Shown piece by piece: positions 8,800 through 17,450 of a stretch of 50,210 bases of DNA. The position numbers and the translations under genes were made by a program. The stretch is from assembly GCA_002413065.1 (NCBI GenBank), contig DHWH01000015.1, forward strand, positions 100,326 to 150,535. The letters are read 5' to 3'. Every line of letters begins with the position of its first letter. Within the stretch, counting starts at the first letter, position 1. The notes under the pieces are model-generated. The model saw nothing but the letters and a program-made list of their open reading frames with translations, was not told the origin of the DNA and did not search any database. The stretch is from Patescibacteria group bacterium UBA5187. GTDB lineage: Bacteria; Patescibacteriota; Minisyncoccia; Phycocordibacterales; PALSA-1337.

Positions 8800-9408
8800 C
8801 TAAAAATTGATTCCTGTAAAAAGTTTAAAAATGGGAAATATTATCGGAGAAATGACCTGCCACAGAAAGAAAACGACAATGAGTATGAACATCGGTGCAT
8901 ATGTTTCCATGAGTATCCTCATGCGGCCATATTGCTGTGGCAACCAGGCGAACAAAAGTTTTGATCCATCCAAGGGCGGAATAGGAATGAGGTTAAAAAC
9001 CGCCAAAACGATATTGATAAGCACTATATATGAGGCAACCTCTATGAAAGGCGTCATTGTACTTTGACCGGCTGCCACAAAACGGATGATCGTTCCGAAA
9101 ATAAGAGCGAGGACAATATTCGACAGCGGACCGGCTATAGCAATTAAAAACTCGCCTTGGCGCTTGTTCTTCAAATTATATGGATTGTATATAACCGGTT
9201 TCGCCCATCCAAAAGTAAAACCGAAGAGTGATGTAATGAGAGGGACAATGATGGACCCGACCGGATCGATATGCGCGATTGGATTCAGGGTCAGCCTTCC
9301 CTGCATTCGGGCTGTGGGATCTCCCAATAGGTCAGCCATATAGCCATGAGATACTTCATGGATAATCACGGAAAATATAAGGATGACTATGGATATGACG
9401 GTTATCAT
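8800..9408 (-). CDS. Site-2 protease family (M50) membrane zinc protease
   Basis: IHEVSHG, AGPLSN, FNLIPIPPLDG. Confidence 0.95.
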   Translation of the reverse strand: MITVISIVILIFSVIIHEVSHGYMADLLGDPTARMQGRLTLNPIAHIDPVGSIIVPLITSLFGFTFGWAKPVIYNPYNLKNKRQGEFLIAIAGPLSNIVLALIFGTIIRFVAAGQSTMTPFIEVASYIVLINIVLAVFNLIPIPPLDGSKLLFAWLPQQYGRMRILMETYAPMFILIVVFFLWQVISPIIFPIFKLFTGINF

Positions 9409-9485
9409 GATATGTATGACGTAACCCCAGAGAAAAACTTGAAGTTTGTATATCCATATGTTAGCATATGTTTCTCATTAATTTT

Positions 9486-9731
9486 ATGGCTAAAGTCTGT
9501 GCAATAACTAAAAGAGGTTCCATCATGGGCGGTCGCTACTCGAACCGTACTCGTGCAACGCAGTTCAATCCCTGCGGCAATATTCGCAAATACCCGAACC
9601 TCCAGAAAAAGAGAATCTACGTCCCTGAATTGAAAAAAACAATCATTTTGAATATATCAACCCGCGCACTCCGTACTATCCAGAAGAATGGCGCATACAG
9701 CACTCTTAAGAAAGCTGGCGTTATAAAATAA
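9486..9731 (+). CDS. rpmB: 50S ribosomal protein L28
   Basis: MAKVCAITKRG...SN...YPNLQKKRIY...ISTRALRTI. Start set at 9486. Confidence 0.93.
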   Translation: MAKVCAITKRGSIMGGRYSNRTRATQFNPCGNIRKYPNLQKKRIYVPELKKTIILNISTRALRTIQKNGAYSTLKKAGVIK

Positions 9732-9752
9732 GTTTGGCTTAATCCAAAATAA

Positions 9753-10679
9753 TTAAGGCCTTCGGGCTTTTTTTATTTGTACGGTTGCACCATCCGAAGT
9801 GATCTTTACCGTCCCGGATTCTTTCAGATTGAATTTCCTATCTTCAGAAAGATACGCGAACGGATCTGGAATTATCTTCTTTTTTGTTCCTTCCCTGTCC
9901 AAGGTTTTTGAATACACGAGATATGCCGGTGATATTTTTTTAATAAGCTCTGGAGATACATTCGCAGGCAGTGCGCTGTGCGAAACGATCAAGACATCCG
10001 CTTGATCTACACCCGAAGAAGTTAGAGACCCCGTTGATGGTGGAGACGTCAGGAATTTCTGTACTTTATTTGATGCATTTCCCAGAAATACAATGGAGGT
10101 TGCGCCGAACGATACATTAAATAAAATTTCCGGCGCACTGGCTTTTGAATAAGTAAATTGTTTGGCGGGAACGGGAAAAAGTGGCCGCAATGATGTTTTT
10201 TGGTCAAGTGCAACGCTGTCGCCGGCCGAAAGCTCGCTCGTATGGATGCCTTCCCTGCTCAATGTATCGAGAAACGTGGAATAGATCTGATCGGTGGAAC
10301 TGGAAATACCAAGCGTTTGAAGTATCTGGCCTGGAATATATGCCTCGCCTATTTGGTATCTTTCCAAAACATCTATAAGTCCGGATATATTTTTACCCTC
10401 GGCATTCGTCGCTATGACAGAATCGATACGCCTGGAATAAAAAGGTAAAATGCCTGTGATTTCACGAATGATGTTTGAGTTGGAACCTCCATCGATAAGA
10501 ATCCGTTTGTCTTCGGGAGTCCGGACGAACATCGAACGTCCGCTTGGAAGAGAAAAAACATATACTTCGAGAATGGGCGGCCGATGCTCCTCGCGCCACG
10601 CATACACACCGATGCCTGTGACGGCCAAAGCTGCCGATGTAGCAATAATGACCGGTTTTGAAATACTTTTCATAGTCAT
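9753..10679 (-). CDS. ComEC-type metallo-beta-lactamase-fold protein (stand-alone, metal motifs degenerate)
   Basis: GRSMFVRTP...ILIDGG...LPFYSRRID...IATN...ISGL, and C-terminal GTVKITSDG, typical of the ComEC MBL domain. HxHxDH is absent. Confidence 0.8.
   Translation of the reverse strand: MTMKSISKPVIIATSAALAVTGIGVYAWREEHRPPILEVYVFSLPSGRSMFVRTPEDKRILIDGGSNSNIIREITGILPFYSRRIDSVIATNAEGKNISGLIDVLERYQIGEAYIPGQILQTLGISSSTDQIYSTFLDTLSREGIHTSELSAGDSVALDQKTSLRPLFPVPAKQFTYSKASAPEILFNVSFGATSIVFLGNASNKVQKFLTSPPSTGSLTSSGVDQADVLIVSHSALPANVSPELIKKISPAYLVYSKTLDREGTKKKIIPDPFAYLSEDRKFNLKESGTVKITSDGATVQIKKARRP
9755..9774 (+). terminator. rpmB terminator overlapping the end of the convergent gene
   Basis: AAGGCC-TTCG-GGCTTT followed by a T-run. 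Confidence 0.7.
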
Positions 10680-10685
10680 GCCGTC

Positions 10686-10753
10686 ATTCTATATGCCTGA
10701 GATAAAATCCTGATAAATTAAAGTTAAATTCCGGATAAAAAAAGGTTAAAATT
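10686..10753 (-). promoter_or_regulatory. -10 box plus 2x22-bp tandem repeat (putative competence operator, copy 1)
   Basis: Plus-strand units AAAATCCTGATAAATTAAAGTT (10704-10725) and AAATTCCGGATAAAAAAAGGTT (10726-10747). Minus strand TAGAAT at 10686-10691. Confidence 0.7.
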
Positions 10754-10853
10754 CGATGTGAGGTGCGCTATACTGTATGGCAACGGCACAGCATGCACAG
10801 CGTACGCATATGATCGCTTTTTAATGTCATTTACAAATAACTAAACACCCATT

Positions 10854-11450
10854 ATGAAACAATTCACCGCAAAAACATTTTCAATACCGGAACTCAAAGG
10901 CATTTCCGCAAAAAATATCGAGGAGCACATGAAGCTGTACCAAGGATATGTAAAACACGCGAACCTCATTCTTGGGAAAATCGAGGAATTGAAAGGTGAT
11001 GCAGAAAAAAATGCCTATGCCTTGGGCGAAATCAACCGCCGATTCGGGTTTGAATACAACGGCATGCGCAACCACGAAGTATATTTCGCCTCACTTGAGG
11101 GAGGAGCAAAAGGACTAACCGACGGAAGCCTCTTGAAGCAAATGATCACTGAAAATTGGGGTTCTTTCGAAGCGTGGCTAGCGGAATTTAAATCAATTGC
11201 GATGACCCGCGGAATCGGATGGGCCATGCTGTATTATGATCGCAAAGACAATCGACTTTTGAATGCCTGGATAGACGAACAGCACTTGGGTCAACTGCAG
11301 GATTGCGCTCTTATTCTTGGCTTGGATATGTGGGAACATTCATATGTCGCCGACTATCAGCCATCGGGCAAAAAAACGTACATTGAAGATTTCTTTGCAA
11401 ATATAAATTGGAATGTATTAGAGGAAAATGTTACGAAGGTGCAAAAGTAA
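10854..11450 (+). CDS. Fe/Mn superoxide dismutase family protein
   Basis: EEH..YQGYV, NGMRNHEVYF, GIGWA, LDMWEHSY. Confidence 0.92.
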   Translation: MKQFTAKTFSIPELKGISAKNIEEHMKLYQGYVKHANLILGKIEELKGDAEKNAYALGEINRRFGFEYNGMRNHEVYFASLEGGAKGLTDGSLLKQMITENWGSFEAWLAEFKSIAMTRGIGWAMLYYDRKDNRLLNAWIDEQHLGQLQDCALILGLDMWEHSYVADYQPSGKKTYIEDFFANINWNVLEENVTKVQK

Positions 11451-11491
11451 CAGCTCGACTGAGTCCTATTCAGGAATCCGAAAGAACAAAT

Positions 11492-11512
11492 AAAAAACAT
11501 CCCGAGGGATGC
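11492..11512 (-). terminator. Intrinsic terminator
   Basis: Minus strand GCATCC-CTCG-GGATGT followed by a T-run. Confidence 0.7.
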
Positions 11513-11547
11513 TGTCGTGTTCGCATGTATTCACAAGAGACTTGTAC

Positions 11548-11808
11548 CTAATCGAGTCCGAAAGACTCGGCCAAAATGAGTGCGTGGTATTTCGGTAAAA
11601 AGCGCTCAGCCCGGCGGCGTTGAAACCAAGTTGGCACAATATTCGGACGTCGCCCTTCAAAGACGATGTGGACTTTTCCAAAGCCTCTCTGAGAGAAGAG
11701 CCTGCTGAGTCTTGTGCGTCCGAATGAATACCGGTCGAAACGACAAGGTTTGGGTGAATTTGCAAGAAGCTCCAAAGCTTTCTCGCGAGATAAAATTTTG
11801 GTTGGCAT
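11548..11808 (-). CDS. Small basic hypothetical protein (86 aa)
   Basis: MPTKILSREKALELLANSPKP... Promoter TTGTCC(11843-11848)-17 nt-TAGTTT(11820-11825) upstream and terminator downstream. Confidence 0.5.
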   Translation of the reverse strand: MPTKILSREKALELLANSPKPCRFDRYSFGRTRLSRLFSQRGFGKVHIVFEGRRPNIVPTWFQRRRAERFLPKYHALILAESFGLD

Positions 11809-11850
11809 ATCTGAACATAAAACTAGCATGAATAGAATATGGGGACAATC

Positions 11851-13251
11851 TCATTTAAGTTCAGGTTTTTTGCTCTTTAACGTAAGTACGGCATACATTA
11901 CTGCAAACGCCACATAAAATCCGACTACCCACCAGCCGGAAAAAGCCGGAATATGAACGGACGCAAACGAAAAAAGTGCGAAATGCTGAACCATAAAAAG
12001 TTCGTAAGATAAAAGCAGGTGAGTAACCCATCCGAGCACATACGCGAGAGGTAGCCAGATCATGCCAGCCATTCCTGTAAGAAAAACGAAAAGCATGGTT
12101 GCGGGAATAAGCGGCAGAACAAGGATATTTACGACCATGCCAATGATCGAAAGTTGACCCATCATGTACAGAATGTAAGGAGAAACGAATATCTGTGTAG
12201 CGATAGTCGAAGCGACGATACCCCGCATGCCGAATTTTTCAGGAATATACCTCAAACGTTTTTCAATGGGGCTGGCCAATAAAATAAGTCCGAGTGTCGC
12301 AAGAAAAGAAAGCTGGAATGACGGATCATGCAAAAGAATCATCGGATTTTGAATGATCATAACAAGAGCAGCGAAGATAAGTGCCCGCATCACGCTATAG
12401 TCACGGCGAATAAGGTCAGCCGAAAGGGCTATCCCCGCCATGAAACATGAGCGCACAACCGTCGCTCCTCCGCCGACAAGAATACCGAAAAGCATGATGC
12501 CGATACCGCCAACACTGATTCCCCAGACACGCGGCAAAAATGAAAGTATACGGCGCATCGCATCTCCCACGACCGTAATGTTGTATCCGGATAAAACTAC
12601 TATATGAATGAGACCTACCGTACGGAAATCATCCAGCAGATCTTTGCCCAAAGCGGCCTTCTCGCCTACGACCAGTCCGGCTGCCAAAGCGGCATGAGGT
12701 TCTCCAAGTGTTTTCTCCAGAGCAGTCACAAATTTTCCTTTCAGAGAAAATAAAGCGGAAAATATCCTATCCCGAATGCCCCGGAAAAATGATCGAGAAT
12801 CTTTTGTATCTGTTATGGCATCTCTTTTACCAGCGGCCGATTCCACGACCGCGCTTTTCATTTCATAAAAAATGTCATCCTTCGCCAAATATCCCTTATA
12901 ATCGAACGAACGATCACTTCCGCTATCAAAATTGGCCGGACGCAACAATTTTCCTGTAAATGTCACGTGATCATTGTATTGAAACCGCGGATAGAGCTTT
13001 GTTTTGAGACGGATGCGAAAATCCGGGGTGCACCTTTCGCCATTGTCCTGAATATGAAGTTCTGCGGCCTTCAAAACGAATACTTGGCCGGATTCTTTGC
13101 GCTCAGGTTCCTCAACTATGTAACCTATACCTCGCACATGCTGACCGACACAGCCAGAAAGATCCGGCATTTGCACGGCAAATGATTGCCACACACGAAA
13201 AAGTGCAGCCGCGATGAATAAGCTCCAAAAAATAACAATGCTCCTTTTCAT
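11851..13251 (-). CDS. comEC: ComEC/Rec2 competence protein (OB + competence membrane domain, no MBL domain)
   Basis: FDYKGYLAK, GLIHIVVLSGYNI, ATVVRS, DPSFQLSFLAT, many TM helices. Confidence 0.95.
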   Translation of the reverse strand: MKRSIVIFWSLFIAAALFRVWQSFAVQMPDLSGCVGQHVRGIGYIVEEPERKESGQVFVLKAAELHIQDNGERCTPDFRIRLKTKLYPRFQYNDHVTFTGKLLRPANFDSGSDRSFDYKGYLAKDDIFYEMKSAVVESAAGKRDAITDTKDSRSFFRGIRDRIFSALFSLKGKFVTALEKTLGEPHAALAAGLVVGEKAALGKDLLDDFRTVGLIHIVVLSGYNITVVGDAMRRILSFLPRVWGISVGGIGIMLFGILVGGGATVVRSCFMAGIALSADLIRRDYSVMRALIFAALVMIIQNPMILLHDPSFQLSFLATLGLILLASPIEKRLRYIPEKFGMRGIVASTIATQIFVSPYILYMMGQLSIIGMVVNILVLPLIPATMLFVFLTGMAGMIWLPLAYVLGWVTHLLLSYELFMVQHFALFSFASVHIPAFSGWWVVGFYVAFAVMYAVLTLKSKKPELK

Positions 13252-13259
13252 ACGAAGTC

Positions 13260-13327
13260 ATTGTACGAACACAAGATAAATTCCAGATAAAATAAAGTTA
13301 AAATCCGGATAAAGAAAAGGTAAAATC
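13260..13327 (-). promoter_or_regulatory. -10 box plus 2x22-bp tandem repeat (putative competence operator, copy 2)
   Basis: Plus-strand units AAATTCCAGATAAAATAAAGTT (13278-13299) and AAAATCCGGATAAAGAAAAGGT (13300-13321). Minus strand TACAAT at 13260-13265. Confidence 0.7.
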
Positions 13328-13358
13328 TTATCGAGCGACACCCCTATTTCTGCACGCT

Positions 13359-14114
13359 CTACACAGTTCCAAACTCATCGATGATTCTGACCTGGTCTTC
13401 GATATTCAATGCTTTTTTGTAACGGGCACCTTTGGCGCCTTTTACTCGTTTTTCGCATTCTGCCCACGAGTGGTGGACTTCGATGACTCCTCCGACTGAA
13501 CTGATATAGGAATACGCTTTGGCTTTCGAGTGGGACGATGAAGATTTTTTTGCCGCAGCTTTCTCGCTGTCATGCGAGATGTCCATGATATTCGGCAGAT
13601 CATAACCGGAAAGAGGGCCGCTATAAAGTTTAATTTCCATTCCATCGGCAAAAGCGGTTGCAATATGGTCACATCGTTCATTGCCGAGAATGCCCACATG
13701 GCCTCCGACGTATTTCCATACAACCGTTCGAGATTCGATGGCATCGGCAAGCTTTGTCCATAAATCTTTATTCAAAACATCATTTTTAGTTTTGGTTTTC
13801 CAATCATTGCGTTTCCAACCATGAATCCATTTCGTAATTCCGTTGATCACATAGGATGAATCCGTAAAAACGCTCGCTTCGCTATTTTGGGGCGTATGAG
13901 AAAGTCCCTGAATTGCCGCCATGAGTTCCATTCTATTATTTGTAGTTGGATTTTCACTACCGCCAAGTTCAGTGATATAGGGTTCACTTTTTTTATGTGC
14001 AGCCGTGCCACCTTCACTTTTCACTTTGGAATTTTCATTTTGGACTACGACACTGCCCCAGCCACCCGGACCAGGGTTGCCTCGAGACGAGCCGTCGGTA
14101 AAAATAGTTATCAT
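13359..14114 (-). CDS. rnhA: Ribonuclease HI with C-terminal hybrid-binding (Cauli_VI-like) domain
   Basis: FTDGSSRGNPGPGGWG, TTNNRMEL, TDSSY, GHVGILGNERCD. C-terminal SWAECEKRVKGAKGARYKK. Start set at 14114. Confidence 0.95.
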   Translation of the reverse strand: MITIFTDGSSRGNPGPGGWGSVVVQNENSKVKSEGGTAAHKKSEPYITELGGSENPTTNNRMELMAAIQGLSHTPQNSEASVFTDSSYVINGITKWIHGWKRNDWKTKTKNDVLNKDLWTKLADAIESRTVVWKYVGGHVGILGNERCDHIATAFADGMEIKLYSGPLSGYDLPNIMDISHDSEKAAAKKSSSSHSKAKAYSYISSVGGVIEVHHSWAECEKRVKGAKGARYKKALNIEDQVRIIDEFGTV

Positions 14115-14145
14115 GCGAGTATAGTAGCACAAGAAAATTGAGTAT

Positions 14146-14182
14146 AAAAAATGCCTAGCGCAGAAATTTCCTGCACTAGGCA
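14146..14182 (-). terminator. Intrinsic terminator after the DUF5069-like gene
   Basis: Minus strand TGCCTAGTGCAG-7 nt-CTGCGCTAGGCA followed by TTTTTT. Confidence 0.8.
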
Positions 14183-14210
14183 CCGAATCGGAACCGACGG
14201 CGGCGAACAA

Positions 14211-14654
14211 TTATTTCAATTCGGCGGCGTAGAATGCCTGGCGGTCCTCGATCTCGTTGAGAGTGACCGCATCGCGCGGCGCATTGGCGTCATCGGGGAT
14301 TCCGGCCTCGGCCAAAATTGCTTGGCGAGTGGCATCATCGTGATTGTAGCCAATAATCCGGCCATTGAGCGTATCAACCGAGCCTTTGTCGAGTTTGACG
14401 CCGGGTTGTTTGGCGATCCACGCTTCAAACTGCGGATAGGTCGGCCGGTCAGTCTTGATGTAATTAATGGCCGCGGTACGATCGAAGCCGAGGCCGCTGA
14501 TGACAAAATCATCAAAGCCTTGGCCGGCACCTGGATAACCGGCGGCCAACTTTCCTTGGGCTTCAAGGGAGAGTTTTTGCCACAAGCGCGGCACTTGCAG
14601 GACGCCATTCTGGCCTGGAATTCGCGAACTAATTAATGGTACAAACGTTTGCAT
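14211..14654 (-). CDS. DUF5069-like protein
   Basis: VPLISS...GVLQVPRLWQK...GKLAAGY...GFD...PTYPQFEAWI...LNEIED. Visibly more GC-rich than its neighbours. Confidence 0.65.
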   Translation of the reverse strand: MQTFVPLISSRIPGQNGVLQVPRLWQKLSLEAQGKLAAGYPGAGQGFDDFVISGLGFDRTAAINYIKTDRPTYPQFEAWIAKQPGVKLDKGSVDTLNGRIIGYNHDDATRQAILAEAGIPDDANAPRDAVTLNEIEDRQAFYAAELK

Positions 14655-14688
14655 AACTTTATTTTTCTTTTGGAACTGTATTACATTT

Positions 14689-14895
14689 CTGATACTCTCT
14701 TAATTCATAGAGGGGAGCATCAGTCTGCCACATCTCACAGGGGATCTGCGAGAATACTTGTGACAGCAGGTAAAAGTTCAATCTTCCTGATCAGGCTAAT
14801 CAAACCCTTGCATGCTGTCACAAATTGTTCCTAAGTAAGCTCATGACAAAAAACGAGACTTTTCAGAAACTAACATGTTGCGCTGTATTTGTCAA
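14689..14895 (-). promoter_or_regulatory. Promoter and ~205-nt structured 5' leader of the DUF5069-like gene
   Basis: TTGACA(14890-14895)-17 nt-TAGTTT(14867-14872). Hairpins at 14758-14823, 14733-14753 and 14689-14723. Confidence 0.55.
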
Positions 14896-16628
14896 AAAAT
14901 AACTTCCACAACCCGCAATCTTAATTCCGCCTTATTTCTATACATGGATTTTTCGATAGAAGCGATCAGGTCTAGAGGCTTATCAGCTTTAGCTACCTTG
15001 GCCCAGTCGCTCGTCGCGCCGAAAAATGAGATTGCCGAAATTTTATCGCCATTACTCTTTTTAAAGACCAGCTCCATATGATCGCGTGTTTTCCCGAATT
15101 TTCTAACTGCCGACGGTGAAACATTTCGAAAAAGGAAGAGGGTTTTTGGATTACCAACGCCGAATGGCGCAAGTTTATTTACGTCTTCATGAAGCGCAGA
15201 ATCAACGGCATCGATAGAAAGCTCGGCGTCGATCATGTTATCCTCGGCATCTTTCCCGGACGCCCCGCCTTCCTGCCTTTTTTCATTCTCCACCTTCCCC
15301 GCCGCTTCATTCAATCTCTGCTCCAAAAAATGTATCTGTTCATCGGTAACTTCAAATCCTCCCGAATGATGATGCCCTCCGAATTGGAAAAACATGCCGG
15401 TTGGCACCGCGCGCATCAATTGGACAACGCTCGAAGTTCCCTCCGAACGGCATGAACCCTTTATGACATTGTCTCCGGCGCGGCCCCACAAAAATACTGG
15501 CCGGTTGAATTCTTCGGCGCAGGAATTTGCAGCCAAACCCAGAAGCGAGGGCCTCCACAGAGGATTACCGAGCACGATAACATTGGGAATTGAAGTTCCA
15601 TGCCTCTCGCGAACCGTTTTTTTCACTTCTTTGACGAGAGAAGCGACAATTCCCTTTCGTTCATTGTTGATGGCATCAAGATGTTCTGCATACCTGTATG
15701 CATCCGTATCAGTATCGGCTGCAAGCAACCGGAACGCATCCATCGGCACACCCATTCGCGAAGCGGCATTTATTCGCGGCGTGATCATGAATGCAATGTC
15801 ATCTTCGGTCAGATGTCTTTGGGACATCTTGAGCTTGTGGAATAATTGCATCAATCCTTTGCGCGGACTTTTTCGAAGTACAGCCAAACCATAATGAGCG
15901 AAAATCCGATTTTCTCCCGTTAACGGCACCATGTCCGACATCGTAGCTATTCCCACCAAGTCCAGCAGCCATTTTTCAATTCCCTCTTTGAGGCCAAACC
16001 GATTTTTCTTCAGCACGGCCTGAATTAATTTGTATGCCACTCCCGATCCGCACAAATTTTTATCCGGATACAGACAGTCCGCTTGCCTATGATCGATAAT
16101 CGCAAATGCCGGAGGCAATTCCGCCGGAGGTTCGTGGTGGTCTGTCACGATCACATCAATGCCCAGCTCTTTTGCGCGTGCAATAGGCTTTACATCCGTA
16201 ATTCCGCAATCAATTGTAATAAGCAATCGCACTCCTTCCGCAGCGAGCTTTTCGACGGCTTCGATATGCACGCCAAAACCTTCATTGTGGCGATGAGGAA
16301 TGTAAATAATATAATTCGCGTAACCGATCCTTTTCAAAAAATCATTGAACAATGCCGCGCCCGGAATACCATCTGCATCATAATCGGAGTAAATGACTAT
16401 TTTTTCATTCCGCTGTATGGCGCGAATGATGCGCTCGGCGGATTTTTCCGCATCTTTGAGGAGAAATGGATCATGAGTCCCCGTGTCATATGCCGGCGCG
16501 ATAAATTGTTCAGCGGACTGCATAGTGATCAACCCGCGATGAAATAAAATGTGCGCGAGAACATCCGAATACGCCGAAAGATCACTTCGTTCAGTTAGCG
16601 TTAGCGCACGTCTGATGCTGTAGGCCAT
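14892..16628 (-). CDS. recJ: ssDNA-specific exonuclease RecJ
   Basis: SDYDADG, TIDCG, TDHH, PRINAASR, KGSCR, GGH, PFGVGNP. Confidence 0.97.
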   Translation of the reverse strand: MAYSIRRALTLTERSDLSAYSDVLAHILFHRGLITMQSAEQFIAPAYDTGTHDPFLLKDAEKSAERIIRAIQRNEKIVIYSDYDADGIPGAALFNDFLKRIGYANYIIYIPHRHNEGFGVHIEAVEKLAAEGVRLLITIDCGITDVKPIARAKELGIDVIVTDHHEPPAELPPAFAIIDHRQADCLYPDKNLCGSGVAYKLIQAVLKKNRFGLKEGIEKWLLDLVGIATMSDMVPLTGENRIFAHYGLAVLRKSPRKGLMQLFHKLKMSQRHLTEDDIAFMITPRINAASRMGVPMDAFRLLAADTDTDAYRYAEHLDAINNERKGIVASLVKEVKKTVRERHGTSIPNVIVLGNPLWRPSLLGLAANSCAEEFNRPVFLWGRAGDNVIKGSCRSEGTSSVVQLMRAVPTGMFFQFGGHHHSGGFEVTDEQIHFLEQRLNEAAGKVENEKRQEGGASGKDAEDNMIDAELSIDAVDSALHEDVNKLAPFGVGNPKTLFLFRNVSPSAVRKFGKTRDHMELVFKKSNGDKISAISFFGATSDWAKVAKADKPLDLIASIEKSMYRNKAELRLRVVEVIF

Positions 16629-16770
16629 TCCGGAAAGTATAGCAGATGCGAAACATTAAATACGCCGGGGTTATGGCTCATCAAGTGAGTTCAAGAAACT
16701 TGCATAGAAAATTGAATCTGCGTGACCACCTATTGACATAATACCAATCAGATGTAATGATTTATTCAGA

Positions 16771-17325
16771 ATGAAACTTAAAACTGTTTGCCAGCCCGGG
16801 ACTGACCCGAATGTCCAAGACCTGATTCAGGTTTGCGAAGAGAAATTACCGGAATTCATGCGGAACGCGTTACCCGACATGAAGATTTCGCTAATCACGA
16901 AACCGCAAATTGATCTGGAAATCCCAATATGCAAGTCGTCCAAGTCGAAGGTAACGACCGATAAAAAGTGGTCGATTGCAGTTGCGCCGCAAGACGCAAG
17001 ATTTCCGACGATTTACATTTACTTTGGCAAGGATAATGATGCCCGGAGCACATACCTGTTCCAAAGGAATCTGCTTTCCGCAATTCTCGAATGCGGCTGG
17101 AGGAAAAAACGCCTTTCAAAAGCCGTGGCAACGGCTCACTGTGAAAGCGGTGTGGAGAAATATACAACTCACACCTTTTTCATCAATGAGCTTCCCCGGC
17201 ATTTGATGAGCGGCGAAAGCTGCGAGTCGGCAGCGGAACTCTCGATAAAGAAGAGATTTCTGCGACATCTCGAAAAAGAATTCGCGGTTAGCATTCCACC
17301 GACCCAAAAGAAAAAAAGATCCTGA
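16771..17325 (+). CDS. Hypothetical protein
   Basis: 184-aa ORF with TTGACA about 35 nt upstream and a terminator downstream. No recognisable motif. Confidence 0.6.
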   Translation: MKLKTVCQPGTDPNVQDLIQVCEEKLPEFMRNALPDMKISLITKPQIDLEIPICKSSKSKVTTDKKWSIAVAPQDARFPTIYIYFGKDNDARSTYLFQRNLLSAILECGWRKKRLSKAVATAHCESGVEKYTTHTFFINELPRHLMSGESCESAAELSIKKRFLRHLEKEFAVSIPPTQKKKRS

Positions 17326-17327
17326 CC

Positions 17328-17349
17328 GGCCCACCCTTGGGCCTTTTTT
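17328..17349 (+). terminator. Intrinsic terminator
   Basis: GGCCCA-CCCT-TGGGCC-TTTTTT. Confidence 0.8.
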
Positions 17350-17450
17350 ATTTATAAAACTAAAAGAGCAGGGTCTGTGAATGATTTCGCCGCATCAATG
17401 GCCTTGAAATGAAAATATTGCCGCGGCGGCATATGTAGTACAATATCCAT

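Noticed and set aside
11451..11745. Hammerhead-like (CTGA..GAG..GAAA) or group II intron-like words
   Set aside because: No complete CUGAnGA...GAAA core with three stems, and no domain V hairpin could be built.
14711..14812. TPP riboswitch-like words (GGGGAGC...CCTGATCAGGCTAAT) on the plus strand
   Set aside because: They are on the wrong strand for the adjacent gene, lack the UGAGA motif, and lack the 3' P5/P4 strand (CCTGCGnAGGGA).
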